Under the pieces are notes generated by a model, which ran no database searches, was not told where the DNA came from, and saw only the letters and a list, made by a program, of their open reading frames with translations. Below, one piece after another: positions 6,385-13,743 of a stretch of DNA of 36,152 bases. Each line of letters starts with the position of its first letter. Position 1 is the first letter of the stretch. The translations under genes and the position numbers were made by a program. The DNA is from a virus (taxonomy: Duplodnaviria; Caudoviricetes), in IMG/VR virus record IMGVR_UViG_3300017766_000396, positions 1 through 36,152 of that record, one strand, 5' to 3'.

Positions 6385-7347
6385 ATGGCACATGATTTAA
6401 CACAACGCATTGATGGTACTTACGAAATGGCTTTTGTTGGTGAAACGCCTTGGCATGGTCTTGGTCAAGAACTAGAACAAGGTGCATCTTTTGACCAATG
6501 GCAAAAAGCGGCTGGCATGGACTGGTCTATACATACAAGTCCTGTTATGTACGAAACAGGAAATTGCAATCGTGAAATAGAAACATTAACTTTTACAGGA
6601 CAAAATGTCTTGTATCGCTCGGACAATAACGAACCTTTATCAGTAGTTACCAATAGATATAAACCTGTCCAGCCTGTTGAGGTTTTACATTTTTTTAAGT
6701 CATTGGTAGATGAAAACGGCTTTAAATTACATACTGCTGGCACTTTAAAAGGTGGTCGCAGAATGTGGGCATTGGCTGAAACAGGCAATTTTGGTGAAGT
6801 TACGGCTGACGACAAAGTTGGTGGTTATTTACTTTTATCCACAAGCTGTGACAGAACTTTAGCCACAACTGCTAGATTTACCTCCATTCGTGTGGTTTGC
6901 AATAACACCCTAACAATGGCTGTTGGTGAAAATGCTAATACTGTGTCATTTAGCCACATACAAAAGTTTGACCACGAAAAAGTTAAAGCCAAGCTTGGTA
7001 ATGCTGTAGGGGCTTTTGGTGCATTTATTGACATGGGTAAATACCTACAAAAACAACAAATGAATGTCCATGCATCTAGCCAATTCTTACTAAATCTTTT
7101 ACGGCAGGATGATCAACCAAATGAATTGGTTTTGGCTGGCAAAAACTTTAATAAGATTTTGTCATTATTTGAAACCGAATCTAAAGGCAATGATTTAGTT
7201 GGTCATACCAAATGGGGAATGCTTAATGCGGTTACAGAATATGTAGACCACTTTGCTGGCAATTCTCAAGACAATAGACTTAACAATGCTTGGTTTGGTA
7301 ATGGTGAAAGACTTAAAAATAAAGCTAAAGAATTATTGCTAGCGTAA
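6385..7347 (+). CDS. DUF932 / TIGR03299 phage-plasmid protein
   Basis: MAFVGETPWHGLG, TAGTLKGGRRMWALA, FTSIRVVCNNTL and WGMLNAVTEYVDH motifs. Confidence 0.88.
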   Translation: MAHDLTQRIDGTYEMAFVGETPWHGLGQELEQGASFDQWQKAAGMDWSIHTSPVMYETGNCNREIETLTFTGQNVLYRSDNNEPLSVVTNRYKPVQPVEVLHFFKSLVDENGFKLHTAGTLKGGRRMWALAETGNFGEVTADDKVGGYLLLSTSCDRTLATTARFTSIRVVCNNTLTMAVGENANTVSFSHIQKFDHEKVKAKLGNAVGAFGAFIDMGKYLQKQQMNVHASSQFLLNLLRQDDQPNELVLAGKNFNKILSLFETESKGNDLVGHTKWGMLNAVTEYVDHFAGNSQDNRLNNAWFGNGERLKNKAKELLLA

Positions 7348-7351
7348 GGAT

Positions 7352-7374
7352 AAGGGGCTTGCCCCTTTTCTTTT
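7352..7374 (+). terminator. Intrinsic terminator after the DUF932 gene
   Basis: AAGGGGC-TT-GCCCCTT followed by TTCTTTT. Confidence 0.75.
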
Positions 7375-7387
7375 CACTATGTAAAAT

Positions 7388-7478
7388 AATTAAAAATATT
7401 TAAAAAAAACTGAAAAAACAGTCAAATGCGTGATATTATGCTTATGTGGTCTTTTTTAACAAGTGATGAAGGGAATTA
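7388..7478 (+). promoter_or_regulatory. Early promoter/leader module, copy 2
   Basis: Same three blocks as 6285-6381; the first two are offset by the same 51 nt. Confidence 0.6.
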
Positions 7479-7480
7479 TT

Positions 7481-7675
7481 ATGGTTATCAACAAACTTAA
7501 CTCCTCTACCTATAGGGTAATTCTAGGTTCTGCCGAGGGTCAGACTTACTACATTCAAAAACGCAAAACTGGCACATGGGCTGTAGCTCAAAAAGGTGCA
7601 ATTTTGGACTTTGCTCCAACTCGTGATCAGGCAATCAATGCCGCTGTGTCCATTTTTAAAGGTGTAGCAGCATGA
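7481..7675 (+). CDS. Hypothetical early protein
   Basis: ATG 7481 follows the GAAGGGA leader; MVINKLNSSTYRV... Confidence 0.7.
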   Translation: MVINKLNSSTYRVILGSAEGQTYYIQKRKTGTWAVAQKGAILDFAPTRDQAINAAVSIFKGVAA

Positions 7676-7764
7676 AAAATCTTATTGCAGAACTATCAGT
7701 AATGGTCTTTTTTGGTGTTTTATTTGGCGCAATGTTTGCCTACGGACTTTTAGGAGGATTTTAA
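7672..7764 (+). CDS. 30-aa single-pass membrane peptide
   Basis: MKNLIAELSVMVFFGVLFGAMFAYGLLGGF; ATGA overlap with the upstream stop; not in the track. Confidence 0.65.
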   Translation: MKNLIAELSVMVFFGVLFGAMFAYGLLGGF

Positions 7765-7766
7765 TT

Positions 7767-8060
7767 ATGGGTATGTCTAGACACGATGCTTATTACGAGC
7801 CTGACGATTATGACGACCGCTCAGACGAAATTGACGAGCGCACTTATGAACTAATGAAGGTTGGTGCTAAATACGACTACAAAACGGCTCAAGCAGTTTA
7901 TGAATCTATGGGTGACCTAGATACAGACCAAGCTAATGCTTTGCAAGATGCAATTAATACCAACGATTATGAAATTATTGGCCGCAAAGTAATGATGTTG
8001 GCTATGGAATATATGGAACGCTTTGCCAAAGATGCGGCTGAAGGAGAAATTAATGACTGA
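7767..8060 (+). CDS. Acidic hypothetical protein
   Basis: AGGAGG RBS; intact ORF. Confidence 0.75.
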   Translation: MGMSRHDAYYEPDDYDDRSDEIDERTYELMKVGAKYDYKTAQAVYESMGDLDTDQANALQDAINTNDYEIIGRKVMMLAMEYMERFAKDAAEGEIND

Positions 8061-8268
8061 TGTAGCCAAATTAAGTCATGCTGAAATAGCTTGTTATGAA
8101 ATGTACGACCAAATTGACGAAGTATTTTGCAGTTTGGTTGTATTAAAGGCTTTTTTAAATTCAGACGAATATAACAAATTCCATGCAGTAAGCATGATAG
8201 ATGGGCTGGTTCGCCAGCTTATTAACAACCAATGCGACATGATGCAAACCGCAAAACTTGAATACTAA
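8053..8268 (+). CDS. Hypothetical protein
   Basis: Start at MTDVAK after AAGGAG. Confidence 0.7.
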   Translation: MTDVAKLSHAEIACYEMYDQIDEVFCSLVVLKAFLNSDEYNKFHAVSMIDGLVRQLINNQCDMMQTAKLEY

Positions 8269-8278
8269 GGATAAAGTG

Positions 8279-8818
8279 ATGAAAACTTTTAACGAATTAA
8301 GACTTATTAATGTAAATGAACATACCGAGAAAAAAGGCAAATTTACTTACTTATCTTGGACTTGGGCTGTGGACACTTTATTGCAAAACGACCCATCAGC
8401 CACTTGGACTTTTGGCGACCCTGTTTACTTTAACGAGTCAATTATGGTGTTTTGCACAGTAACTGCTATGGGTAAGTCTATGACTTGTCAAATGCCAGTT
8501 TTAAATAATATGAACAAAGCTATACCTAATCCAAATGCTATGGATGTGAATACAGCCATGATGCGCTGCTTAGTTAAGACTATCAGCTTATTTGGTATTG
8601 GTCTATACATTTACGCTGGCGAGGATTTGCCTGAAGAAGAACCAGTAGACTTAACAGAAGAATCCAATAAATGGATTGAAGCTATAAATCAATGCGAATC
8701 TTTATTACAACTTAAGGAAACCTATGGTAATGCCTATAAAGCCTTGTCCAAAGACAAATCAGCAGTCGAATCCATATCAATCGCCAAAGATGCTCAAAAA
8801 GCCAAACTGGGAACTTAA
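8279..8818 (+). CDS. sak: Single-strand annealing protein, Sak/DUF1071 (Rad52-like)
   Basis: INVNEHTEKKG.FTYLSWTWA...DVNTAMMRCLVK..SLFGIGLYIYAGEDLP; next to an exonuclease. Confidence 0.85.
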   Translation: MKTFNELRLINVNEHTEKKGKFTYLSWTWAVDTLLQNDPSATWTFGDPVYFNESIMVFCTVTAMGKSMTCQMPVLNNMNKAIPNPNAMDVNTAMMRCLVKTISLFGIGLYIYAGEDLPEEEPVDLTEESNKWIEAINQCESLLQLKETYGNAYKALSKDKSAVESISIAKDAQKAKLGT

Positions 8819-8863
8819 AGCCATGTTTGATTCCATTTTAAGAAAAGAAAAAGAGGCTCGTAA

Positions 8864-9526
8864 ATGACTACATTTACCACCGAAGATCGCTTAAATGCGT
8901 ACATAGGCGTTGAACAAGGCTCGGATGAATGGTTACGCATTCGACTTGGCAAAGTGACTGCTAGTGGCGTTGCTGATGTTCTAGCAAGGACCAAAAGCGG
9001 TGTTTCAGCTTCAAGAGGTAATTATCTTATTAAACTGGCTTTGCAACGAGTTACTGGGCAAATTGAAGATGGTTTTACCAGCGATGCTATGCAATGGGGA
9101 ATAGATAATGAAGCCCAAGCTAGAGTAGCTTATGAAGTTAAATCAGGCAATTTTGTAGATCAAATAGCTTTTGTAGACCATCCTACGATTAAATGGTTTG
9201 GGGCTAGTCCTGATGGCATGATTAATCATGATGGCTTGGTGGAAATTAAATGCCCAAATAGCTCTACGCATTGGTCATACATTAAAGCTGGTGAGCCGCC
9301 ACTTAAATATTACATACAAATGCAAGCGCAAATGGCTTGTACAAATAGGGAATGGTGCGATTTTGTATCTTTTGACCCTCGTATGCCTGACAGAAGCAAA
9401 TTATTTGTAAAACGCATTATGCGTAGCAATGACTTTATTTCCGACATGGAAAGTGAAGTTAAAACATTTTTGGATGAAGTGGAAGTAGAAGTAAATCTTA
9501 TGAAAGGCAATGCAAATGGCAATTAA
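8864..9526 (+). CDS. YqaJ/lambda-exonuclease family protein
   Basis: EQGSDEWLRIRLGKVTAS, MQWGIDNE, GASPDG...VEIKCP, QMQAQM, WCDFVSFDPR. Confidence 0.92.
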   Translation: MTTFTTEDRLNAYIGVEQGSDEWLRIRLGKVTASGVADVLARTKSGVSASRGNYLIKLALQRVTGQIEDGFTSDAMQWGIDNEAQARVAYEVKSGNFVDQIAFVDHPTIKWFGASPDGMINHDGLVEIKCPNSSTHWSYIKAGEPPLKYYIQMQAQMACTNREWCDFVSFDPRMPDRSKLFVKRIMRSNDFISDMESEVKTFLDEVEVEVNLMKGNANGN

Positions 9527-9773
9527 ATACTATGTAAAAGCGGCAATTTCGGAATATACAGACCAATCAGGTGCTAATAAAAAGCGTTATCAAACTATTG
9601 GCATTATTACGGAAACCAAAAAGGGCGATTTAATGATGAAATTAGAAATGATTCCATTATTAGGGCTTAAAGAAGGCACTTTATGGGCTTATTTAAATGT
9701 GCCTGAAGATAAACCTGAAGGTAAACAATCTAGCCAATCTTTACAACAAATTGAAGACGATGTTCCATTCTAA
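9516..9773 (+). CDS. Putative ssDNA-binding protein
   Basis: EYTDQSG.NKKRYQTIG beta-rich core and acidic EDDVPF tail; follows sak/exo. Confidence 0.65.
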   Translation: MAIKYYVKAAISEYTDQSGANKKRYQTIGIITETKKGDLMMKLEMIPLLGLKEGTLWAYLNVPEDKPEGKQSSQSLQQIEDDVPF

Positions 9774-9784
9774 GGAGAATTACC

Positions 9785-9916
9785 ATGTTTAAAAAAGCAC
9801 TTGTATCAGCAGCAGTATTTTTTGTAATTGGCTTTGCTTATGCCCAGCAAGCTCAATGCTGGCAGCAATATGTTTGTGGTGGTGGCGGATGCCAATGGGT
9901 AACAATTTGCCGTTAA
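9785..9916 (+). CDS. 43-aa secreted four-cysteine peptide
   Basis: AAGGAG RBS; MFKKALVSAAVFFVIGFAYA signal peptide followed by QQAQCWQQYVCGGGGCQWVTICR; not in the track. Confidence 0.78.
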   Translation: MFKKALVSAAVFFVIGFAYAQQAQCWQQYVCGGGGCQWVTICR

Positions 9917-9933
9917 ATTTTAAGGAGTAAGTG

Positions 9934-10236
9934 ATGAAAAAAGTAATCGGAGCTTTTTTATTGGTTAGCTTGGCAGCTTGTTCAGGGCCAGGAGGAGTTA
10001 AATACAATACTGATGCTGCACCGCAAACGCTTTATATTGATCCTGCTGTGCAAGCTATGTCAAGGTCAGAAACCATTCAAGCCAGCAAAGAATGTGAAGC
10101 TGGCGGAATGCAGCCATTGATTATTTATGGCAAACGAAGAATAGGAAATTCAGCAACAAGTAATGATATTCCTGTGGAAGTTATTTGCACAACTCGCTGG
10201 GACTTGATACAAAGGAGCTATGCAAAGCATGACTAG
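9934..10236 (+). CDS. Lipoprotein
   Basis: AAGGAG RBS; MKKVIGAFLLVSLAAC lipobox (Cys16); two further Cys. Confidence 0.8.
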   Translation: MKKVIGAFLLVSLAACSGPGGVKYNTDAAPQTLYIDPAVQAMSRSETIQASKECEAGGMQPLIIYGKRRIGNSATSNDIPVEVICTTRWDLIQRSYAKHD

Positions 10237-10387
10237 AGAAAAATTGGCTTTTAGCTTGTTAAGGTTAATGATTGCCCATGATTGGAAGTTTGATGTGACT
10301 GAAAAAGATTGGGACAGTCAAGCTGTAGAAAGGGCTTTTAGGATTGCTGACCTATTTATTAAAGAAAGCGAGATTACAAATGTCTAA
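10220..10387 (+). CDS. Small hypothetical protein (55 aa)
   Basis: AAGGAG upstream; MQSMTREKLAFSLLRLMIAHDW...AFRIADLFIKE; alternative start at 10229; not in the track. Confidence 0.7.
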   Translation: MQSMTREKLAFSLLRLMIAHDWKFDVTEKDWDSQAVERAFRIADLFIKESEITNV

Positions 10388-10586
10388 TGACCATATTTGG
10401 ACTAAAGCTGGAACTGATATTACTATTCGATGGAAAATGGAGGGCTGGACTCCTCCATCAGAACAACAGGAATATAAAGACAAGTGGCGATACTTTCAAA
10501 ACTTGCCTTTGCGCCAGTTGGATGATGCTGCAAAACAGCAATATGAAGCAGTATTACGCAAAGCTAAAGTAGCGAGGATTAAATGA
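10380..10586 (+). CDS. Hypothetical protein
   Basis: Start at MSNDHIWTKAGTDI..RW...GWTPPSEQ; overlaps both neighbours. Confidence 0.7.
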   Translation: MSNDHIWTKAGTDITIRWKMEGWTPPSEQQEYKDKWRYFQNLPLRQLDDAAKQQYEAVLRKAKVARIK

Positions 10587-10771
10587 CAGAAGAAAATATA
10601 CCTTTTGCTGGCAACATGAAAGTTCCTTCAGATCCTTGTGAAGAAGCTTTCTTTGCACTTTATCCTGATTTTTTCTATGAAAAATCTACTTCTTTAATGC
10701 TTTGGACTCAAGCCTGGCAAGCAGCATTAGACCATGTAGAAAACAAAAAACCATTGATTCAGCTTATATGA
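10583..10771 (+). CDS. Hypothetical protein, last plus-strand gene
   Basis: ATGA overlap; WTQAWQAAL motif common in small phage proteins. Confidence 0.7.
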   Translation: MTEENIPFAGNMKVPSDPCEEAFFALYPDFFYEKSTSLMLWTQAWQAALDHVENKKPLIQLI

Positions 10772-10860
10772 CGGCAGTTAAGCCAACGATCAAGGATGCA
10801 ACAAGTAAGGGCTTTTTTGGCTTTCGACCTTACAAGCAGCAGTTGCCAAATTGATGCCGT
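10771..10860. ncRNA. Candidate structured RNA/DNA element at the convergence of the early and late operons
   Basis: Nested stems ACGGCA/TGCCGT, TCAA/TTGA, GCAAC/GTTGC and GTAAGG/CCTTAC, plus AAGCCAA/TTGGCTT cross-pairing. Confidence 0.45.
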
Positions 10861-11009
10861 TATTTTTTAGGATGAGCCTTATCCATAGGCTCTTTCTCAT
10901 GTTTTCTTAGTTCTCTTTTAAGCTCAAAAACACCATTACGCAAAGTGATCATTTCTTTATCTTCACGCTTTTGCTCTGCTTTTGTTTCTTTGTAGAATTT
11001 ATCAGCCAT
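10860..11009 (-). CDS. Small charged hypothetical protein (49 aa)
   Basis: AGGAG RBS; MADKFYKETKAEQKREDKEMITLRNGVFELKRELRKHEKEPMDKAHPKK; not in the track. Confidence 0.7.
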   Translation of the reverse strand: MADKFYKETKAEQKREDKEMITLRNGVFELKRELRKHEKEPMDKAHPKK

Positions 11010-11010
11010 C

Positions 11011-11607
11011 TTATGCTCCTAATATATCCATAGCTTTATGGATTCGATTGATTCGGTCATCAAGTCCTATAACACCGCCATTGATCCGCTTGGTCATGGT
11101 AGTCCAATCTTCTGCATCTGCCAAGGCACTTAAGTTTTTCTTGTTCCAAAACCATCCAGCCGACATACAAGCCCATTCAGGTTCTAATAGAAGTTCAGGA
11201 TGCTCTGCAAATGGCTGTCCTAGGGCATCTCCACACACAGTCACATTAGAACGGCCTGTAAGCTGTATAAGCCCTTTTCCATGAAACCGCCATCCATCAC
11301 CATCCTGAGTGTTTCCAAGATCTGCCCTGCCGCCATAAACTTTATTGGCTATCTTTTCAGGATTTCTTTCGTATTTGGTAGCTTCTTCTATAGTAGGAAA
11401 GCGACTAGGCCATGTAGCCATTAGTCCTTTTGCGCTGTAATTTAAGTTTTCTTCTAGAGTTTTAAAATTATTTGATTCATGTCCACATTGCCCAATAAAG
11501 GCTGCTTGTCTTGTAGGAGTGTTTATTTGATATTTTTCAAAAGTATCATTTAATGGTTTTAGCCACTTTTTGTCTATTCCAAGGGCTTGTAACTGCTTAT
11601 TTGTCAT
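11011..11607 (-). CDS. Endolysin, glycoside hydrolase family 19 (chitinase-like)
   Basis: AAFIGQCGHES..F..LEENLNYS, PEKIANKVY, DGWRFHGKGLIQLTG, SAGWFW, TKRINGG..GLDDR. Confidence 0.92.
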   Translation of the reverse strand: MTNKQLQALGIDKKWLKPLNDTFEKYQINTPTRQAAFIGQCGHESNNFKTLEENLNYSAKGLMATWPSRFPTIEEATKYERNPEKIANKVYGGRADLGNTQDGDGWRFHGKGLIQLTGRSNVTVCGDALGQPFAEHPELLLEPEWACMSAGWFWNKKNLSALADAEDWTTMTKRINGGVIGLDDRINRIHKAMDILGA

Positions 11608-11821
11608 CTTCTGATTCACCTAATTTAATTCCAGCCACCAAGCCCACGAATGCACCAACCACCATTTGAAAAGCTGGTGTAACAGCCTTAAAAATTTCAC
11701 TATTATCTATTGAGGAATCAAATAAACCTTTAAGCAATACGCTAACCATAGACAGCAAAATAATAGCCAAAGTAATAGTGGCAATAAGAGTTACCCAAAG
11801 TGCTACATTTTGCTTGTTCAT
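11597..11821 (-). CDS. Two-TM membrane protein, possible holin/antiholin
   Basis: Two hydrophobic segments; directly upstream of the endolysin; GGAGG upstream of ATG 11821. Confidence 0.6.
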   Translation of the reverse strand: MNKQNVALWVTLIATITLAIILLSMVSVLLKGLFDSSIDNSEIFKAVTPAFQMVVGAFVGLVAGIKLGESEDDK

Positions 11822-11860
11822 TTTGGGCTTCCTCCAGGGCATCCTAGTACCCAATAATAT

Positions 11861-12244
11861 TCACTTGATTGATTCATATTGTTTATAGCAAGATTCTAAA
11901 GAAATTCTTATTTCGTCTGCCCTGGCAGCTTCCCTGACAAGAAACTCTGCATCCTCGGCATAAAGGGCTGATCCGTTGCAACCCTTTCCAGTTGTGGCTT
12001 CTGAGGAACGGCTGGTACGCTTACGCAACTCGCTAACAGCATCAACAAGCTGAGTATTAATAACTTTGATTTGAGCATCTTTGTCTGTCCTTATTTTGTC
12101 GGCACTTGCTTGATATTGGTGTTCTTTATCTCGGATTGTTTTTTCGGCTTTGCTTTGCTGATAGGAACAACCATTAACAAACCCACCGCAAAATAAGGCC
12201 ACAGCAACCATAGCAATAATGGCATAAATGTTTACTCCAAACAT
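11861..12244 (-). CDS. Rz: Inner-membrane spanin (Rz-like)
   Basis: N-terminal TM segment, coiled coil and RADE....L..C C-terminus; contains a nested lipoprotein ORF. Confidence 0.78.
   Translation of the reverse strand: MFGVNIYAIIAMVAVALFCGGFVNGCSYQQSKAEKTIRDKEHQYQASADKIRTDKDAQIKVINTQLVDAVSELRKRTSRSSEATTGKGCNGSALYAEDAEFLVREAARADEIRISLESCYKQYESIK
11908..12078 (-). CDS. Rz1: Outer-membrane spanin lipoprotein (Rz1-like), nested out of frame in Rz
   Basis: MLKSKLLILSLLMLLASC lipobox followed by Pro-rich VSVPAVPQKPQ...; AAGGA upstream; not in the track. Confidence 0.78.
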   Translation of the reverse strand: MLKSKLLILSLLMLLASCVSVPAVPQKPQLERVATDQPFMPRMQSFLSGKLPGQTK

Positions 12245-12789
12245 TACACAAGCCTTGGACTAAAAGCAAAAGTAGCAGGGTAATCAGCAATAAACGGCGC
12301 GTTAGTTGGGTCGTTTACATATTGTGGATCAACCAAAGCTCTAATATTCCACCCTAAATTTAAGTAAAGTGTCTTACCGAACATAGGCTTAAACCATACA
12401 AATTGGAATAATCCTTGTCCATAAACATACAAATAGCCAGGATGTGATTCATCACAATGCAAATCGCCTAAATAGCTGATACCGCTTGTGCCATGCAAAT
12501 ATTTGACTGCGAAGCCGTAAAAAGGATTGCGCCATAGCCATTGAACTCTAGACCACCAAGAATGACTGTGTTTTTCTTCCCAGCCATGATCGCCATCTAA
12601 ACTGTTATCAGGAGTTTGCCACCATGAAATCCATTTGAATAGTCTTGACCCTGTTCCCCATTTAGTTCCGTTATCAAGCCAGCCATCTTGTTCTGATTTT
12701 AATAAAGCCAAAATAAAAGCTAATGGGAATGTAAGAATAGTTCCTACAAGATTAATTATTACTAAAAAAGGGTAAAGAATATAGTTCAT
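12244..12789 (-). CDS. Trp-rich membrane-anchored hypothetical protein
   Basis: N-terminal TM; WWQTPDNSLDGD and WLWRNPFYGF motifs; lies in the lysis region. Confidence 0.75.
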   Translation of the reverse strand: MNYILYPFLVIINLVGTILTFPLAFILALLKSEQDGWLDNGTKWGTGSRLFKWISWWQTPDNSLDGDHGWEEKHSHSWWSRVQWLWRNPFYGFAVKYLHGTSGISYLGDLHCDESHPGYLYVYGQGLFQFVWFKPMFGKTLYLNLGWNIRALVDPQYVNDPTNAPFIADYPATFAFSPRLV

Positions 12790-12971
12790 CGTATAGGCCC
12801 TGTGGTTATAAATCGTAAGATAGCGACAATAATGCCTATAGCCACCAAAATAATGCCGTAGTATTTTTGGTCAATAATAGATTGCAAATAGGGGAAAGTG
12901 GCTTCTAATGCACCAAAAATAACCAATGCTAGTGAAAACCACATAGTTTTAGATTGGCGCATCCGTTTCAT
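12786..12971 (-). CDS. Putative holin
   Basis: 61 aa with two TM segments; SKTMWF...LRFITTGPI. Confidence 0.65.
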   Translation of the reverse strand: MKRMRQSKTMWFSLALVIFGALEATFPYLQSIIDQKYYGIILVAIGIIVAILRFITTGPIR

Positions 12972-13195
12972 TTATGAAATAACCAACTTGAAATATAAGT
13001 TATAAATCCACCAATAATGGAAGCAACAGTCATTCCCATCCAAAAACCACCTTTGGATTTATTGGCAAGCTCTAATAGCTCTTTAATATCTCTATCCATA
13101 GAATCTACTTTGTGCTGCAAATGTTCCACTTGATTAACCAATCCACCAAATTTGAACATATCGAATTTTTCAAGGTCAGCCATGATAATGTCCAT
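12968..13195 (-). CDS. Coiled-coil plus C-terminal TM protein (lysis-associated)
   Basis: Heptad region followed by KSKGGFWMGMTVASIIGGFITYI; start uncertain (13195 or 13183). Confidence 0.7.
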   Translation of the reverse strand: MDIIMADLEKFDMFKFGGLVNQVEHLQHKVDSMDRDIKELLELANKSKGGFWMGMTVASIIGGFITYISSWLFHK

Positions 13196-13740
13196 CAAGT
13201 TTTCATTATGTAGGCAAGAGAATAATACAAAGGTGTATTAGATCCTGCGCTTGTCATTACTCCTGATGAAACAAATCCGCCTGTTGCATTGACTGAGAAT
13301 GTATTTCCTGATCCAACTACAAAGCTATCTTGTAAATTTGGAGTGCCGTTTGTTCCGTTACACAATACATATCCAGCAGGAACGGCAGTAATTGCTCCTG
13401 ACCATACTAGAATAGCTCCGCTTGGCACATTGACCAGACTTGCAGATGATGGAATACCAGCAATATTATCGTATGTATAAAGAGTTACATTGGCAGCAGT
13501 AGCCAATACAAACTTATAAGAATAGGTGCTATTTAGCCAAATTTCAGTTGGAGCAATACCATTTACACCTAAAACGATAGGGTTTGGGCAAGCAATAGTT
13601 CCCTGATTGTTTGTATAGGTAGCTAATGGAGTTGTTGATCCTGCTGCATAGGTATATAACAGACCACCAGCCATAGGCAAAGTGTCAGCACCTATAAATG
13701 GTGTCATTGAGTTGCCTATTGGCGATAGTAAGACTGTCAT
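13195..13740 (-). CDS. Short tail-fibre protein: virion-binding N-domain plus tail collar domain
   Basis: GGLLYTYAAGSTTPLATY...NPIVL; collar PSGAILVWSG...PAGYVLCNGTNGTPNLQDSFVVG; YYSLAYIMK end. Confidence 0.75.
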   Translation of the reverse strand: MTVLLSPIGNSMTPFIGADTLPMAGGLLYTYAAGSTTPLATYTNNQGTIACPNPIVLGVNGIAPTEIWLNSTYSYKFVLATAANVTLYTYDNIAGIPSSASLVNVPSGAILVWSGAITAVPAGYVLCNGTNGTPNLQDSFVVGSGNTFSVNATGGFVSSGVMTSAGSNTPLYYSLAYIMKT

Positions 13741-13743
13741 TTT

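Noticed and set aside
8790-8867. 25-aa mini-ORF MLKKPNWELKAMFDSILRKEKEARK bridging sak and the exonuclease
   Set aside because: It has an ATGA overlap with the exonuclease but no RBS or recognisable motif; too weak to call
9789-10007. Minus-strand 72-aa track ORF
   Set aside because: It is antisense to two plus-strand genes that have strong RBSs and signal sequences
10771-10860. Known self-cleaving ribozyme (hammerhead, twister, pistol) or tRNA
   Set aside because: No CUGANGA core, no twister or pistol junction order and no cloverleaf or T-loop; kept only as an unclassified structured element
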